Source: Octopus vulgaris (taxonomy: Eukaryota). From it: a DNA stretch of 64,000 bases. The notes under the pieces are model-generated. The model did no database searches and was not told the DNA's origin. It was given only the letters and a program-made list of their open reading frames with translations. The position numbers were made by a program, and so were the translations under genes. The stretch is taken from assembly GCA_951406725.2 (NCBI GenBank), contig OX597828.1, positions 8,060,001-8,124,000 on the forward strand, given 5' to 3'. Positions 40,325-55,685 of the stretch are shown here, one piece after another. Every line of letters begins with the position of its first letter. Positions within the stretch are counted from its first letter, which is position 1.

Positions 40325-40435
40325 ACAACAAACAGGTGTATCAGTTTAACGCTCGGGAGGTGAGAAAATCTTTTACGCTTCGAGCCTACGCTCTTCAACA
40401 GAAAGGAACACGAAGAAATAAAGAGAGAGAGAAAA
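40325..40435 (-). mobile_element. Penelope-like terminal repeat fragment with a degenerate minimal hammerhead
   Basis: Minus strand: CUUU-CUGUUGA-A-GAGC-GUAG-GCUC-GAAG-CG-UA-AAAG. Confidence 0.5.
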
Positions 40436-40820
40436 AAAACTTTTTGGAGCAAATAGATAGATAGATGCATTTACTTAACACACAAATGCTTCGTGAATAA
40501 ACACACATAAACACACTCGTCGTGTACTAGAGGAACTTGTGTGCCGTTTATATATTCATGAAATCGTCCCGCTTTATGCACAAACAAATTCATACATCCA
40601 CAAATCCCCGTATACATTTTGACGAGAAATATTAAGACTCTTTTAGTTTGTTACTTTATCGGTTTAACTTCGACGAAATTAAATCATTCACTCACTCAGC
40701 ACACACACAGCACACACACACACACGTGCACACACAGACACAGAAAACATACATCCTTCACACACATACACATGCACGCTTCCCGCGGTCACACCAAACG
40801 CACCATATGTACATACATAC

Positions 40821-40853
<33 letters not shown>

Positions 40854-40893
40854 CACACACATACATATATATATATATGCATATATATATATA

Positions 40894-40958
<65 letters not shown>

Positions 40959-41445
40959 TCTCACACGCACCCCACACACGTGTGTGTGTGTGTGTACGAT
41001 GTAAAATATTCCAGAAAGATTGCAATAATTACTGTTAAACGCATAGCAAATACACAAATGAATATATCAAAGCATAGATTACCGGATGCATTTATAGTTT
41101 CATGTACGTAGATAGGTAAAGTGCCACAGAAACACAACAGCGAATGCTTGTGCCAAATTGACGTGGTGGAAAATCCACAGAGAAAACCTTTCTATCCGGG
41201 TTGTTTCTGGATTAGGGGCAGTCTGATTTTCTTATTGAGAAATTTGGAACGTAAAAGCGGATAAACGTACATACATATATGTGCGTTTGTATATGCGTAT
41301 GTTTCCTGTGTGTATGATCGTGTGTGTGTGTGTAGGGGGGGGGGCGCGAGTGTGTGTGTGTGTGTGTACCCAAACTTGTAAACGCAGACATATATAAATA
41401 TATGCATGGGTGCATGTCTGTCGCATAAATTATAACCACACGCAA

Positions 41446-41507
<62 letters not shown>

Positions 41508-41969
41508 CACATACATGTAAATACATATACGCATGTATATGTATGAATGCATATTTATACACACATACATACGCACGCACAAACACACTAACACACAAAC
41601 GCACATGCACACACATATGCATATATATATAAAATGTGTATAAAATTATTACACACATACATGAATATAATGTAGTTGATATAGCAACAAGGATTCATTT
41701 GAGGAGTACTGGTTAACATTATACAAGTGTTCTACAGCTGTTTAGTTTCATTAAACGTAGCAGGTGAACCTATCAAATACTTATATATTATGATTAATTG
41801 AACTGAACGTTCCACAAACTAACAGCTGTAGTTAGCATATGAACTTATAGTCTAACGTCTGTTCTTTTTGAATAGGTCTTTTTGAATATGGGCTCACGCA
41901 CACATATCTGCCACAAATACACACATATAGACATGCAGATATACGAATTTATTCCTCTATTATATATGC

Positions 41970-42113
<144 letters not shown>

Positions 42114-42643
42114 TTGATGTTTGTGTGTGAATGTATACATGTGTGTAACTATATAGATGCATCTATCAGTCTATCTATCTATATACACATGAACCCATAC
42201 ATACACACAAACACACAGATGCGTACGTACACACGCATACAAGAGTATATATGGATGGATGGATGGATGGATGGATGGATGGATGGATAGATTGATATAA
42301 ATTTACATATGTATAAGTGTATGTGTATGTGTATGCATGTGTGAGTATATGCAACTGCTTGTTTTGGTTGTGTGTTTGTATGCTGTTATACCAACTAAAC
42401 ACGCGGTCATAAAATCCAACTTCAGCGCTATATGTGCAATTACGTTGCTGGTTTTCAACGCAACATTTATTTATATCAAGAAGAATTATTTCTCCCATTC
42501 TGCTACTCTCTCTTTCTCTTCTTTCTCATCAACATCATGGTTTTTATTATACGCACAAACATAGCTATACATATATACATGCCTAAAACCATACTGCTGT
42601 ACACGTACAGTCTCGCACATATATGCATGCACAATCACATATA

Positions 42644-42803
<160 letters not shown>

Positions 42804-43012
42804 TATATTGAGGGTACTACTATTCGTAGATACCAACACGCTAAGAGGGACCAATGCGGTCAAAACTACTAAAAATAAACAAAATTTTACCGAATGCAAA
42901 ACTTCAAAACACATCATTTTAAAAAAGAATTCAGTTACATATCACATGTGATTTCGCATTTAATGCAGAATATGCATTTCATGTTCGTCAGTGCAATATA
43001 TATATATATATA

Positions 43013-43054
<42 letters not shown>

Positions 43055-43349
43055 TTTACACATATACGTGTGTGTGCGTGCGTGTGTTTATGCGTGTATG
43101 TTGTGTGTATTCTGTTTCTTAATTGTTATCAGTTTATGCTGATAAACATTAGAGTCTTAGTTTTCATATATAGAGTATTTTCCATGAAAAAAAATATATA
43201 TACTTCTTGGTCAAATATTTGTGATATCAGTAAAAGTTCCCATGAGTTTCGGAGCTCAGCAGGGATAAATATTGCAACCTCTGGATTTATAATTGTTATT
43301 AAATGAATGGAAATGAGCAATCGCCGAGGAAGTTGTATCACAATTTCTG

Positions 43350-43840
43350 GGTGTAGGATAAGTTGGTTGATATTTTGCAGAGACGTGGTGCTCCTTGGCT
43401 CATCAGATGGTGATCTCTAGTATGCACTGAATGGGTTCGCTGCCGAGAGCTGCAAGGCCAGTATCAGGAGACTGAGACATTGGTTCTCTCAGCAAATTTT
43501 TTTCAGTGCATCCTGCATGTCAGTGGAACGTCACTGAGACAGGTGGAAAAGTCTGATTATCCGAAGGACCTCTTCCCGAGTGTTGGCAGAAACAGGTGGC
43601 ACGGGATTAGAATGTTTCAGAAAAGAATCACAAGGCATATTCCTCAAACCGAACCTACTGGCAGGAGAATTAGAGATAGGCTAAGAATGAGATAATTGGA
43701 TAATATTCATAGTTTCATTAGGGCACGATTGGGTATCTAACCGAATGTCCAATAACGGTTGCTTCCGATTGGACCCTAATGGAGGTGTTTGAGGTCTCTT
43801 CACCCACGACTTTCTCAGGAATAATGGACGGTGAAGATGA
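43350..43840 (+). mobile_element. RTE-clade LINE fragment, decayed and internally deleted
   Basis: VVLLGSSDGDL*YALNGFAAE, ETLVLS...CILHVSGTSLRQVEK, RWHG..RM, PTGRRIRDRLRMR. Confidence 0.7.
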
Positions 43841-44082
43841 CTGAATGGAATATAAATACATATAACTGCATATAAATTTATGCTAGATGAGATAGTGGAC
43901 AAACTGTATCACCAGAACATCTGATAAAGAACATTCGGTATTTGATCTAGTTTTAACTTTCTGATTTCAAATCTTGCTCAGAACAACTTTGCTTTCCTTC
44001 TTTCTTGGAACGATAAAATACAATACTATTTAAATACTAATGACGAATTAGTTGAGGACCTATAATCAGTGCCAATATTCAC

Positions 44083-44195
44083 TGAGGTAGACTGGTACTT
44101 CAGAGCTCGAAAGGGCTAATGTACAATGGGGTAGACTGGTACTTCAGAGCTCGAAAGTGCCAATGAGCAATGAGGTAGACTAGTACTTCAGAGCC
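44083..44195. repeat. 44-bp tandem repeat, ~2.6 copies
   Basis: Unit tgaggtagactggtacttcagagctcgaaagggctaatgtacaa. Confidence 0.9.
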
Positions 44196-44841
44196 ACTGC
44201 AAGTAAAGGAACACAAGACTGGTATTACACTACCATTACCCGAAGTATTCCCCATAAATTCAAAGGTGGTTGAATATAATTTGGGCGATATTTGGTGGCT
44301 ATCTCTAGCATATTGGACAACCAGGTACATCATTGCTTTTTCAAAGTCAGAGTTACTCCTCAACCCCCACCTAGTTTATCAATAGAAAGCAGACGGTAGA
44401 GGCGGACAGAAACATCTGTATTATATTTTTTAGTCATTGTCTTCTATTTAAATATTAACTTTAAAAATCTAGTGTAATATAAGCTACTTGTTAACTACAG
44501 TCACAGCGACAGTAACAATAGCATCGACAACATCAAAAATAACAATAGACTTCAAAATATGAATAAGTAAATAAACAATTGCCTTTACTTTCAAAAATAT
44601 TTCCGATTTTTATTCTTTGTGAACTATCTGGTAATATTAGTGACCGAAAAGTTGTTTTGACATTCCGTATTATATTAAAAAAAATTATTCATGTGCAAGT
44701 TTATTTTTAATGGCGAAAGAAGAGTGAACACTATGAAACATTGTTTACATTAGTATTGTATAAACTATATCTTTTCTTTTTCTCTTTCATGTTTTCTCTT
44801 TTAATAAGAGTCAGTTTATATATATATATATATATGTATAT

Positions 44842-45058
44842 TGGCTTCAAATTTTGGCACAAGGCCAGCTGGTTTGTGAGGTGGTGATATAAGTCTATTA
44901 CATTGATCCGAGTGCTCAACTGGTACTTACTTTATCGACCCCGAAACGATGAAAGGCAAAGTCGACCTCGGCGGAATTTGATCTCAGAGCGTAAAGATGG
45001 ACGAAATGCAGCTAAGCATTTTGCCCGTCGTGCCAACGAATTTGCCTGCCCGCCGTCT
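44842..45058 (-). mobile_element. SINE family B
   Basis: ctggtacttactttatcgaccccgaaacgatgaaaggcaaagtcgacctcggcggaatttga. Confidence 0.88.
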
Positions 45059-45906
45059 CACTTATGATTAAGGTTGATGTCATGGTTAATGCACAAGAAT
45101 CGCTTTGTATCTTTACTTGCCGTGCAAGCCCCACAGTTAGGTATGGCTTGGGTCTCTACCGTCTACCATTCTAGCCAGTTAAATGTTGGCTCAGATCATG
45201 GGAAGTCGACTAAGTCAACTACTAGTTGACACATCGTTCGTATTAACATTCCTAGAACATATTTAGCGGTTTTTGTAATGAGATCATAAATACTATACAT
45301 GGACCTAATAAGCTATGGCACGTTCACATGTTCAAACTATTCTAGCAACTCAATTCTGGGGTCATTTTGTTTTCTCTTTTGTGGGTGCATTTGATTTTGT
45401 TGAATTTTTGAAAGTGTGTACAAAAATGTATTAATGCGAAAAGGGGGCGATAGTCAACACCTTCTGAGAAGCACTTGCATAGATGTCTGTCTACCGTGAA
45501 GTCTAATACTAAAGAGACTGCCTAGACATATACGCACTTTCAACCGAAAAATTGCGTCACGAAATAATTTACGATGAGGTTTTCTTTGAGAATGTATTGT
45601 ATAGATTTTGTCCTATCTATTTGTACATTGATTCAGAAACATACTCTATACACGCATTCATGCGTATATAGGTGATATATGTTTACAAGCTGTGTACATG
45701 TGGGACTGTGAAATATGACCCCTTTGGAATTGAAATTGAAATTCCCTCCTCAGATACTTTACAAATGTTACTCTGCTACGTAATATAATTGGAGAATTCT
45801 TTTTCGAAATGAGTATTATTGGAATTCCTCAGAGATCACTCACTCTTTCGGAAAAAGAAATAATAGAAAACAAAGATTTGTAGCATCTAAATGTCTGTCT
45901 ATCTCA

Positions 45907-46020
<114 letters not shown>

Positions 46021-46087
46021 GTATGTCAACCTGTATGTATGTCTATCTGTGTATCCATACATACATATACATAGATATATACATATA

Positions 46088-46239
46088 TAAGATGGGCTGC
46101 TTTCAGTTTCCGTCTACCAAATCCACTCACAAGGCTTTGGTCGGCCCGAGGCTATAGTAGAAGACACTTACCCAAGGTGCCACGCAGTGGGACTGAACCT
46201 GGAACCATGTGGTTCGTAAGCCAGCTACTTACCACACAG

Positions 46240-46243
<4 letters not shown>
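46088..46243 (-). mobile_element. SINE family A 5' half
   Basis: Reverse complement of the family A head. Confidence 0.9.
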
Positions 46244-46280
<37 letters not shown>

Positions 46281-46294
46281 TATATATATATATA

Positions 46295-46460
46295 GGCGTA
46301 GGAGTGGCTGTGTGGTAAGTAGCTTGCTTACCAACCACATGGTTCCGGGTTCAATCCCACTGCGTGGTACCTTGGGCAATGTCTTCTACTATAGCCTCGA
46401 GCTAACCAAAGCCTTGTGAGTGGATTTGGTAGACGAAAACTGAAAGAAGCCCATCGTATG

Positions 46461-46493
<33 letters not shown>

Positions 46494-46712
46494 ATGTTTG
46501 TGTGTCTGTGTTTGTCCCCCCAACATCGCTTGACAACCGATGGTGGTGTGTTTATCTCCCCGTAACTTAGCGGTTCGGCAAAAGAGACCGATAGAACAAG
46601 TACTAGGATTACAAAGAATAAGTCCTGGGGTCGATTTGCTCGACTAAAGGTGGTGCTCCAGCATGGCCACTGTTACATGACTGAAACACGTAAAAGAGTA
46701 AAGAGTAAAGAG
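46295..46712 (+). mobile_element. SINE family A, full length
   Basis: Match to 1434-1842. Confidence 0.92.
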
Positions 46713-46852
46713 AGAGCTATTTTATCTACTTACCTATCTTTCTATCTACCTACTTGTCTGTCTGATGTCTGTCTGTCTGTCTGCCTATTTATCTATTTGT
46801 GCAGCCCTGTGTGGCTAATAAACATATCTATCTATTTATTTGTTTTTTCTGT

Positions 46853-46929
<77 letters not shown>

Positions 46930-49384
46930 CATCTATCTATCTGTCTGTTTCTGTCTGTCTATCTATCTATCGACTGATAGATTATATGAAATGGTAGATT
47001 AATAGTCATAGTGTAGGATAATGAGTAAAACAATGAAAATAGCGAGAATAGATTAGATGAAAATCTTCTCATTAAAGAAGGAACAACAACGCTGCTTAGT
47101 TATCTTTAAGCACTGCTCATTCAATAAAAAAATAAATAAGTCATTCGAAGGGAGGGACTTAGGAATAAACGTATGTTTCTACACCTAGCTCAGGATTCAG
47201 TCCAGCTGTGATATGCTTAGTTAAACGTGTTACCATAGCACATATCGGTTAGAATTTCCATTTTTAGTGAAAAATCCTATTTTATATTATCACTACTGCA
47301 CGTTCGCTAAAATTTTTTTTTTAAATCGCTTAAGCAAAGTACAGGATGTACGCATATGTGTGGCATTGGGAGAGATTTAAGGTGCCACATTCATATTGAT
47401 GTAATGGTAGTGTACAAGCGTTGTGCATCTCTGCTGGCCGCCGAAGCCCACAGTTGGTAGACGGAAACTGAAAGCAGCCCGTCGTATATATGTATATGTA
47501 TGTATGGATACACAGATGAGGTTTGGATCTCTGTCGTGTACTACTCTAGCCAATTGCATGTTGGCACAGATCATCGGTAGTCGACTAGGTCAACACTAAA
47601 AGCCGAGAGGCATCTTATTTTATTATTCCAAATATTGCTAAAATAGATGGTAAGTCCCACTGTTTCTCTTATGTATGGCTTACTTCATTTTGGAAATATT
47701 TCACCACCTCGTTATGGTGGATGTATTATGTTTACGATTGAACCTGTACTACTGAAATATGAATAATATAGAGGAAATACTTTGTAGAGAATATTGAAGA
47801 AAATTTAAATTTCACCAAATTGATGCACATGTATTTTATAAATACGTAAATCATAATAGGAGTTTCAATTACGCTGTTAAATATAATTTAAGGAAAAAGA
47901 AAACGAAAGAAAAAGAATTTTACTTTATCGTGCTGATTTTCCAATATCTTAGTTGGCCAACAAATTCTATCCGATGGCTGTAGTGGTGAAATGATGCATT
48001 TCATCCTCTACTAATTGTCCGTTGCTTACATTAATCTCTAAACCGTATTAATAGAGAAGTGTGACAATTTGGACTTCTTGGAATTGGCTGTGTCATTAAT
48101 GGCATCGAGTTGAGAGGAAGGATTAAAGAACGGCAAAATCAATTAGAGACGAATATATCTTGATCCCATTATGGCTATTTCAAATCCGTTAAGTGATGTC
48201 GTTATTTGTCGAGTGAAGGCGCGAATTTGCCAGATAGTAAAACTGTGGTTTGATGAAGTCTGTAAAACTGTGGCAACTATACAAGTGAGATTATGTTAAT
48301 TCCAAAATAAGACGATCAAAACGTAAATGGTGAATAAATAAAAGGGTTTCTGAACTCAGTATCTGGTTAAAATCAGTTATTTATAGAACTATAGTCGAGT
48401 ATCTAGGTTTACAATAGCGATTTATTTCGTAGACAGATGAGATGTTTATAATTGCAAGGGAGTATAGACCATTGAATCTATTTCAATATATTATTGAAAT
48501 AGATTCTTTTATCGAATGAAAGGCGGAAGAGTACCTGACAAGACTATAAATAGAAGAGGCGATGCATCAAATTTCGTTATTATTATGCTGTATTTTCAAA
48601 CAATATTCGAACCACCACATCGTGTTTTCTGAACCCTTCGCCTTCAGAGTCCTGTATCCGATTGCTTTTCTCTGAAAAGCAAAGTGTTATAGCATTACAA
48701 AAAATAATAAGACAGAATTTCAGATAAGTAACACAATAGCTAGCTACACTATTGCAATGTCGCCACTTATATCACCCCCTAAATGTATTTTCATGTCTGC
48801 GGTAGCAGGGTTGTACCTACTTTGCTATCTAAGGTAAAATATCTTTTTAAAATTGTTTCTCTATCACATATAACTTAATTACATTTTATAAATAAATTAA
48901 TCAAAGCATGCTGGTAAAAGCCTATCAACTATTCAGGTCCTAAATGGCAGGTAATATTCTGTGGCTGATATTCAGTTTATGCATCTTACGGTTGAAAACC
49001 TTGTGAAGAATGAAACTTCTCAGAGTTCCAAATCTGAGTTCTTGATTTTCGTTTTCTTGTTCAACACATAACGTGCATAGTTTTTTCTTTCAGAATCTTG
49101 CTAAACACGATCGTCACTTTATTATTTTTTTTTTCAGATATACCATATGGATAAATGTATAATCTAATGTATATGCTGTTTAAAAAGCATCGATGATGAT
49201 TTGGTGGGTAATGATTTCGATTATATATGTGGCAAAATGAAAGGCCCTTGTTTTATTTGCACAGTAATCATTCGAAATATAATGATAATAACGATTTGAA
49301 ATTTTGTAAGAAGGCCAGGAATTTCGGAGGAATACTGGGCTTCGTATATTTTACCCCAATGTCACTGAAACTAACGTTGATGAC

Positions 49385-50560
<1,176 letters not shown>

Positions 50561-50561
<1 letters not shown>

Positions 50562-51099
50562 GCAATGGCTCCCGTGGCTTCTGATCTTAACTGATTGGAA
50601 GTGTTATCATGTACGTTTTTTTTTTTTTTGGTATAAAAGATGGGCTACAGCAAATATTCTGCTCAATACCACAGATTTGCTTGTCAGTTGTTTGACCGTA
50701 ACCAGTTGACCATGTCCCTTAGTAGCTGACGATATGTGCATCTCTGATCACGAGCAGAGGTAGTGGGAGAGCATCATAGCTGTGTGTTGAGAGGGATTCT
50801 TTGGGATTTGAATAATTCACCTTTGGAAACACGGGTGTTTCATTCAATATCCTTAAATAACCCTTATTCAGGGACCTTTTGAGCGGAATCGGTTACTCGA
50901 CAAGAAGAACATTCTAACTAGGCCCCACCTGCAAGGTCATGTGCTGTTTATCTTGTTATGAGATCACTATGTCGCGCACATTTGGTTGTGATGCATGTGC
51001 CTGGTATACCCTTATCAGAGGAGTAGCGATGATGGGTATACTGGGCTTCGTATATTTTACCCCAGTGTCACTTTGATGGCATGCACTGCTCTCTCACTC

Positions 51100-51100
<1 letters not shown>
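50561..51100 (+). mobile_element. ~540-bp (AAT)n-embedded repeat, second copy
   Basis: Reverse-complement match to 10802-11343. Confidence 0.9.
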
Positions 51101-51175
<75 letters not shown>

Positions 51176-51179
51176 GTAA

Positions 51180-51216
<37 letters not shown>

Positions 51217-53827
51217 GATTTTAATAAACACTAGAATATATTGTGGGTATGTAGTTCTACAGTGGATGTGAAGGTGAATAAATATCGGACCCACTACATG
51301 TCCTGCTATAAAACTTTTTTTTAATTTCCTATAATTGAGATCCATTACGTACGTTTGTTCAATTCACATAGACATCAGATCTGACACCAACTACCTTTTG
51401 AGTCGTTGTGCCATGTTTCAAACAATCATGTCAAATTACTTCCTCAAAATTAAAGGAAAATACAGAATCAGTATTCCACTGAATTGCCTGTGATGAAAAT
51501 AATTTTCCGAATTCACAAACCATCGCAACAGCAACGCGGCGAGGATGAATTAAGTTTTCTGCCTTCAACAAAATTACATTGATTTGTACTGGATGTTGGT
51601 TGTTTGTGACTCAGAGCCGAAAAAAATTATTGGGGTAGGAATTTTACAAGGTATGCCCTTGAAATTGATGGGCTGTCTATACTGGCTGAATTTGCCAAAC
51701 AACTGATTTCTTGTACGATGCCTAAAATATATTCGTACGAAAATTATTCATATTTGAAAACGGATAACCCAATTAAAAAAAAAGATTCTACGTTATTGAA
51801 TCCCATACTCACATTTGTGCATGTAGAAATCATGTGTGAGTGTTCGAATAATGGGGAGAAAGACTAGCAAATAACTACACGGGGTCACTCTCATACGTTC
51901 GTACACACACACATAGAAACATAAAAATCACTCAAACATATATTTTTGTACTTCCATCCATGGTCATCACTTAGTAAATATGTACACAAAGAAAGAAATA
52001 AGAGTGTAAATTATGTAAATAATGGGACATAGAAAAAACAAAGCCAGAGACCAATACCACTATACATGCAAGTGCGTGTGCGTGCGTGTGGTGGTGGTGC
52101 CGGTGGCGGCGTGTGTACACTAGACACATACTAGACGTTATATTGATATAAACTTGCTATCATAACCCTTACTATTTCACCATATACAGCCAGCTCCATC
52201 AATAAAAACGAGAAAGCTTATCACAGATGATCTTAATAAGCTGAGCGAAAAATCGGACGAAGTTTTAGTAATAAGACGATGCTCTAGGTTTACTGTTTTT
52301 CTCTTTTTTTTTTCTTTCTACTATTCATTTTCCCACATTCAGCAAGATTAGAAACTTTGTTTGAATTGCATCACTTTCTACACATCTTTTTTGTTCTCTG
52401 CTTTTGTCTGTATGGTAATTTTTCGTCATTTCTTCCTTTCATTGACTTGAAAGCTGTTTGTTCCTGTGTAACTTATTAACTTATATACTTATGTATATTA
52501 AATTATTGCCACACCCCCAAAATTGAAATATATCTCATAAAATACTTTTTACTCCCAAGGAAGTATGCCTGTGCAGTTATGCGTGATTGAGAGAAGATTG
52601 ACAACACATACAGTGTCAGAAAGCAATATGTAGCTCATAAAGAGAGTATTTGCTGTTAAATTAAAATTTTTTGCTAATTCTTAACCACTTCCGATGTCAT
52701 TAAATAGCCTCATTTTCCTTCTCAGTAATAAACTAGAAAATCAGGCATAGAAAACGCAAACATAATTCTATATCTTTACTATGCGATGACACCCAATATA
52801 TATTTACTAACAGAATGCACTAATCATATATTTCTATGTATCCAATTCTCCTCTGTAACTCAGAATAGGTTCCTGTTTTGGAATGAACTGGGCTTCGGCT
52901 ATTCGATAATTTACAATTTTTGTATATTACTTCAGTATATAAGTCAGCGCTAAAATACTGCTCCGGATAATTATGCTTAGTATTAATATTCAAGTATTCG
53001 AATGTATAATCCCAGTTTTGTTGATCCGAGGTGTTTGGTCACATTGGCAATATACAACCATGTTTTCAATATATATTGGTGTTTTCGGTAATTCATTCAT
53101 CCATTCTACTCAATAGTGTTTATGTGAATTTTCTTTCTGTGTAATACGTACCTGATATAGAAAAAATATCAAAGACATTTGATATTTTCATTCTAACTTG
53201 AAGGTCTGCCTTAAAAGCCTTCTTTATCTGTTCTCTGCCTGTCCAATTTTGTATGGCAGGTTGGAGTAAATTCAGTATTATTATTTAGTTTCTCATTCTT
53301 AATTCTCTTTAATTTTCTCTTTTTCTTCTGCTGTCTCTGCAAGTGTACACTTGTGTACAGCCTAAGGTTTTGTGCACTCTACGTATTTATCTGAGGCCTG
53401 AGGTGCATAATGTTTTCACAAAATACGAACCCTTTCATCTAATGGAGATTTCTTTCGCGTTGAGTTTGAATTCGCAACGTTCTTGCATCTGCTCCTGTAA
53501 CGGATGCTTCTCGTTGCTACGTTATATTTCAGGTTTTGTAATTATACAAAAAATTAGTGCAACAAGAGGTTCGTCGCTTTTGCTCGCATTGACCTGAATG
53601 TTGAATTACTTTGATGGAGAGAAAGCAATGAAATGGAGCGGGCTGAGGGAGTGCAACATCACCTGTTGATGATTATTTGGTCTCTATCTTCACACCTCCA
53701 TAAACTGAAAATATGTACGAGAGCGTTCTCCAAGAACGGTTTATGTGCGCCAATATTCTACCAGCTGAAGGTTTAGATAAGTTCGACAGCAAGTGAGCGA
53801 GAGAAGGATAATTTATGAGAGAGAGAT

Positions 53828-53868
<41 letters not shown>

Positions 53869-54175
53869 AAGAGACAGAGAGAAAGTGAGGGAGAAAGAGA
53901 GAGAGAGAGAGAGGAAGAGAGAGTCTGAGTGTGCGTGTGTGTGTATGTGTGTGTGTCTGTGTGTGTCTGTGTGTGTGTGTGTGTGTGTGTGCTGACTTGC
54001 ACTCAACATCCTTTTGACGTGAGAAAAAAGACCCCTAGAACAGAATTATGTAGAAGCAATATATTTTCGTTACCCCAGTCTGGGATTCGAAATTATCCAT
54101 TGAATAAAATATCTCACCAGGAGGCGTCTTGATATCAAACTAGAAGTTGTGACACTCACACATACACACACACGC

Positions 54176-54224
<49 letters not shown>

Positions 54225-54225
<1 letters not shown>

Positions 54226-55006
54226 TGTCAGCTCTTCTGGTGACGTCGATGTTCGCCTGGGGCTAAATGCATCAGTAACACCCCCACCACCCCGCCCTGA
54301 CCCTAGCCACATTCAGATGGCTGATCCCTCTTATGTTATATATATATAGTTTTATCTAAATAATTACTATGCGCATCTTCCGCTTTACTATCTCTTCTCT
54401 GTCTATCTCTCTCCCTCTCTTGTTCTTCATCCTTTCTGGTTTTCTCTCCCACCCTTCCCTATTCTTCTCCTCTTCCCTCCACCGTTACATTTCTCTCACT
54501 CCTCCTCCGCGACTCTCCTCGCTGACACGTGGTGAGAGGTAAGCCATCTTTCCGACTACAACCTTCACCAAGACTTAACCAGCTTATTCTGTCTCTTCAT
54601 AACATCGTCTCCTTAAACGTTCAGAATAATTTTTCCATCCTCTTGGCTTAACAGCCCTCATCGTTTGTTTCTACTGTTTTGCTCTCATTGTTCTATCTTT
54701 TACCGTTTTTACTACTTTGTTCTCACTGTCCTGTTCTTATTACCACTTTCACCCTACGCAAAAAATCTAAAATTTTATTTAATTTGCTTTGCGGGAATGA
54801 CTGTTTCAATGAAGTTGCGTCTTGTCCTTACTTTCGAAACGCGGAGTAGATGAAACAGGGACAACTGAAGACGGAGAATATTCTTTATGTTTTGTATGTC
54901 TCGATTTTGTGTTTTTTCGTTGTTTGAAAAAAAGTTCATTTCTATGGTTTTGTTTAATGTTTTCGTTTCTCATGGTGCTCAACGTTTTTTCTATGTCCTG
55001 TACCCA
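54225..55006 (+). mobile_element. Probable Penelope-like element 3' end between (TA)n tracts
   Basis: Starts with a GLN-coding stretch like PLE ORF C-termini, followed by a pyrimidine-rich UTR and a hammerhead-like motif at 54801-54876. Confidence 0.45.
54801..54876 (+). ncRNA. Putative permuted/pseudoknotted hammerhead-like ribozyme with intact core
   Basis: CUGUUUCA-augaaguu-GCGU-C-UUGUCC-uuacuuuc-GAA-ACGC-ggaguaga-UGAAACAG-GGACAA-CUGAAGA-cggag. Confidence 0.5.
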
Positions 55007-55065
55007 TATATGCATGTATATATACATATATATGTATGTATATATGGATATATTCATATATTATT

Positions 55066-55120
<55 letters not shown>

Positions 55121-55610
55121 CATATAAACACAATACATACAAAAACATAAACTCATATACAAGTATTGACATGCACAAATACAGGTATATGACACACACA
55201 GACACGTACACAAACAAACAAACATAGCTGTTATTCGTTTCTCTGCAAATTTGTAGGCTTCGTATCCGCATATGAAATCGCTCTATACTCATCTAGGACG
55301 TTGGCAATTCCAATCGTAAATGTTGAGACACAAGAGATGTGAGAATAGAATAATGGAATACATGCCTGACAAATGAACAGGCATGGACGGAAATAAAATT
55401 TTGTACAGAGTTATGGAAGTAACCAAATAAATATACCATATTTATTACATCGTACTGTTTTGTGAAGTAAAATATGATCATAAGCACTACCTCCATTACA
55501 AAATTACACACACGTACACATACACACAGATACAAACATCTATAGAGATAGATAGATACGTTGAAACATGACACCAAACATATATAGATAGAAAATTGTG
55601 TTAGATAGGA

Positions 55611-55685
<75 letters not shown>

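Noticed and set aside
44083-44195. CRISPR-like repeat-spacer pattern
   Set aside because: The apparent spacers are ~13 bp and similar to each other. It is an ordinary 44-bp tandem repeat in eukaryotic DNA with no cas genes.
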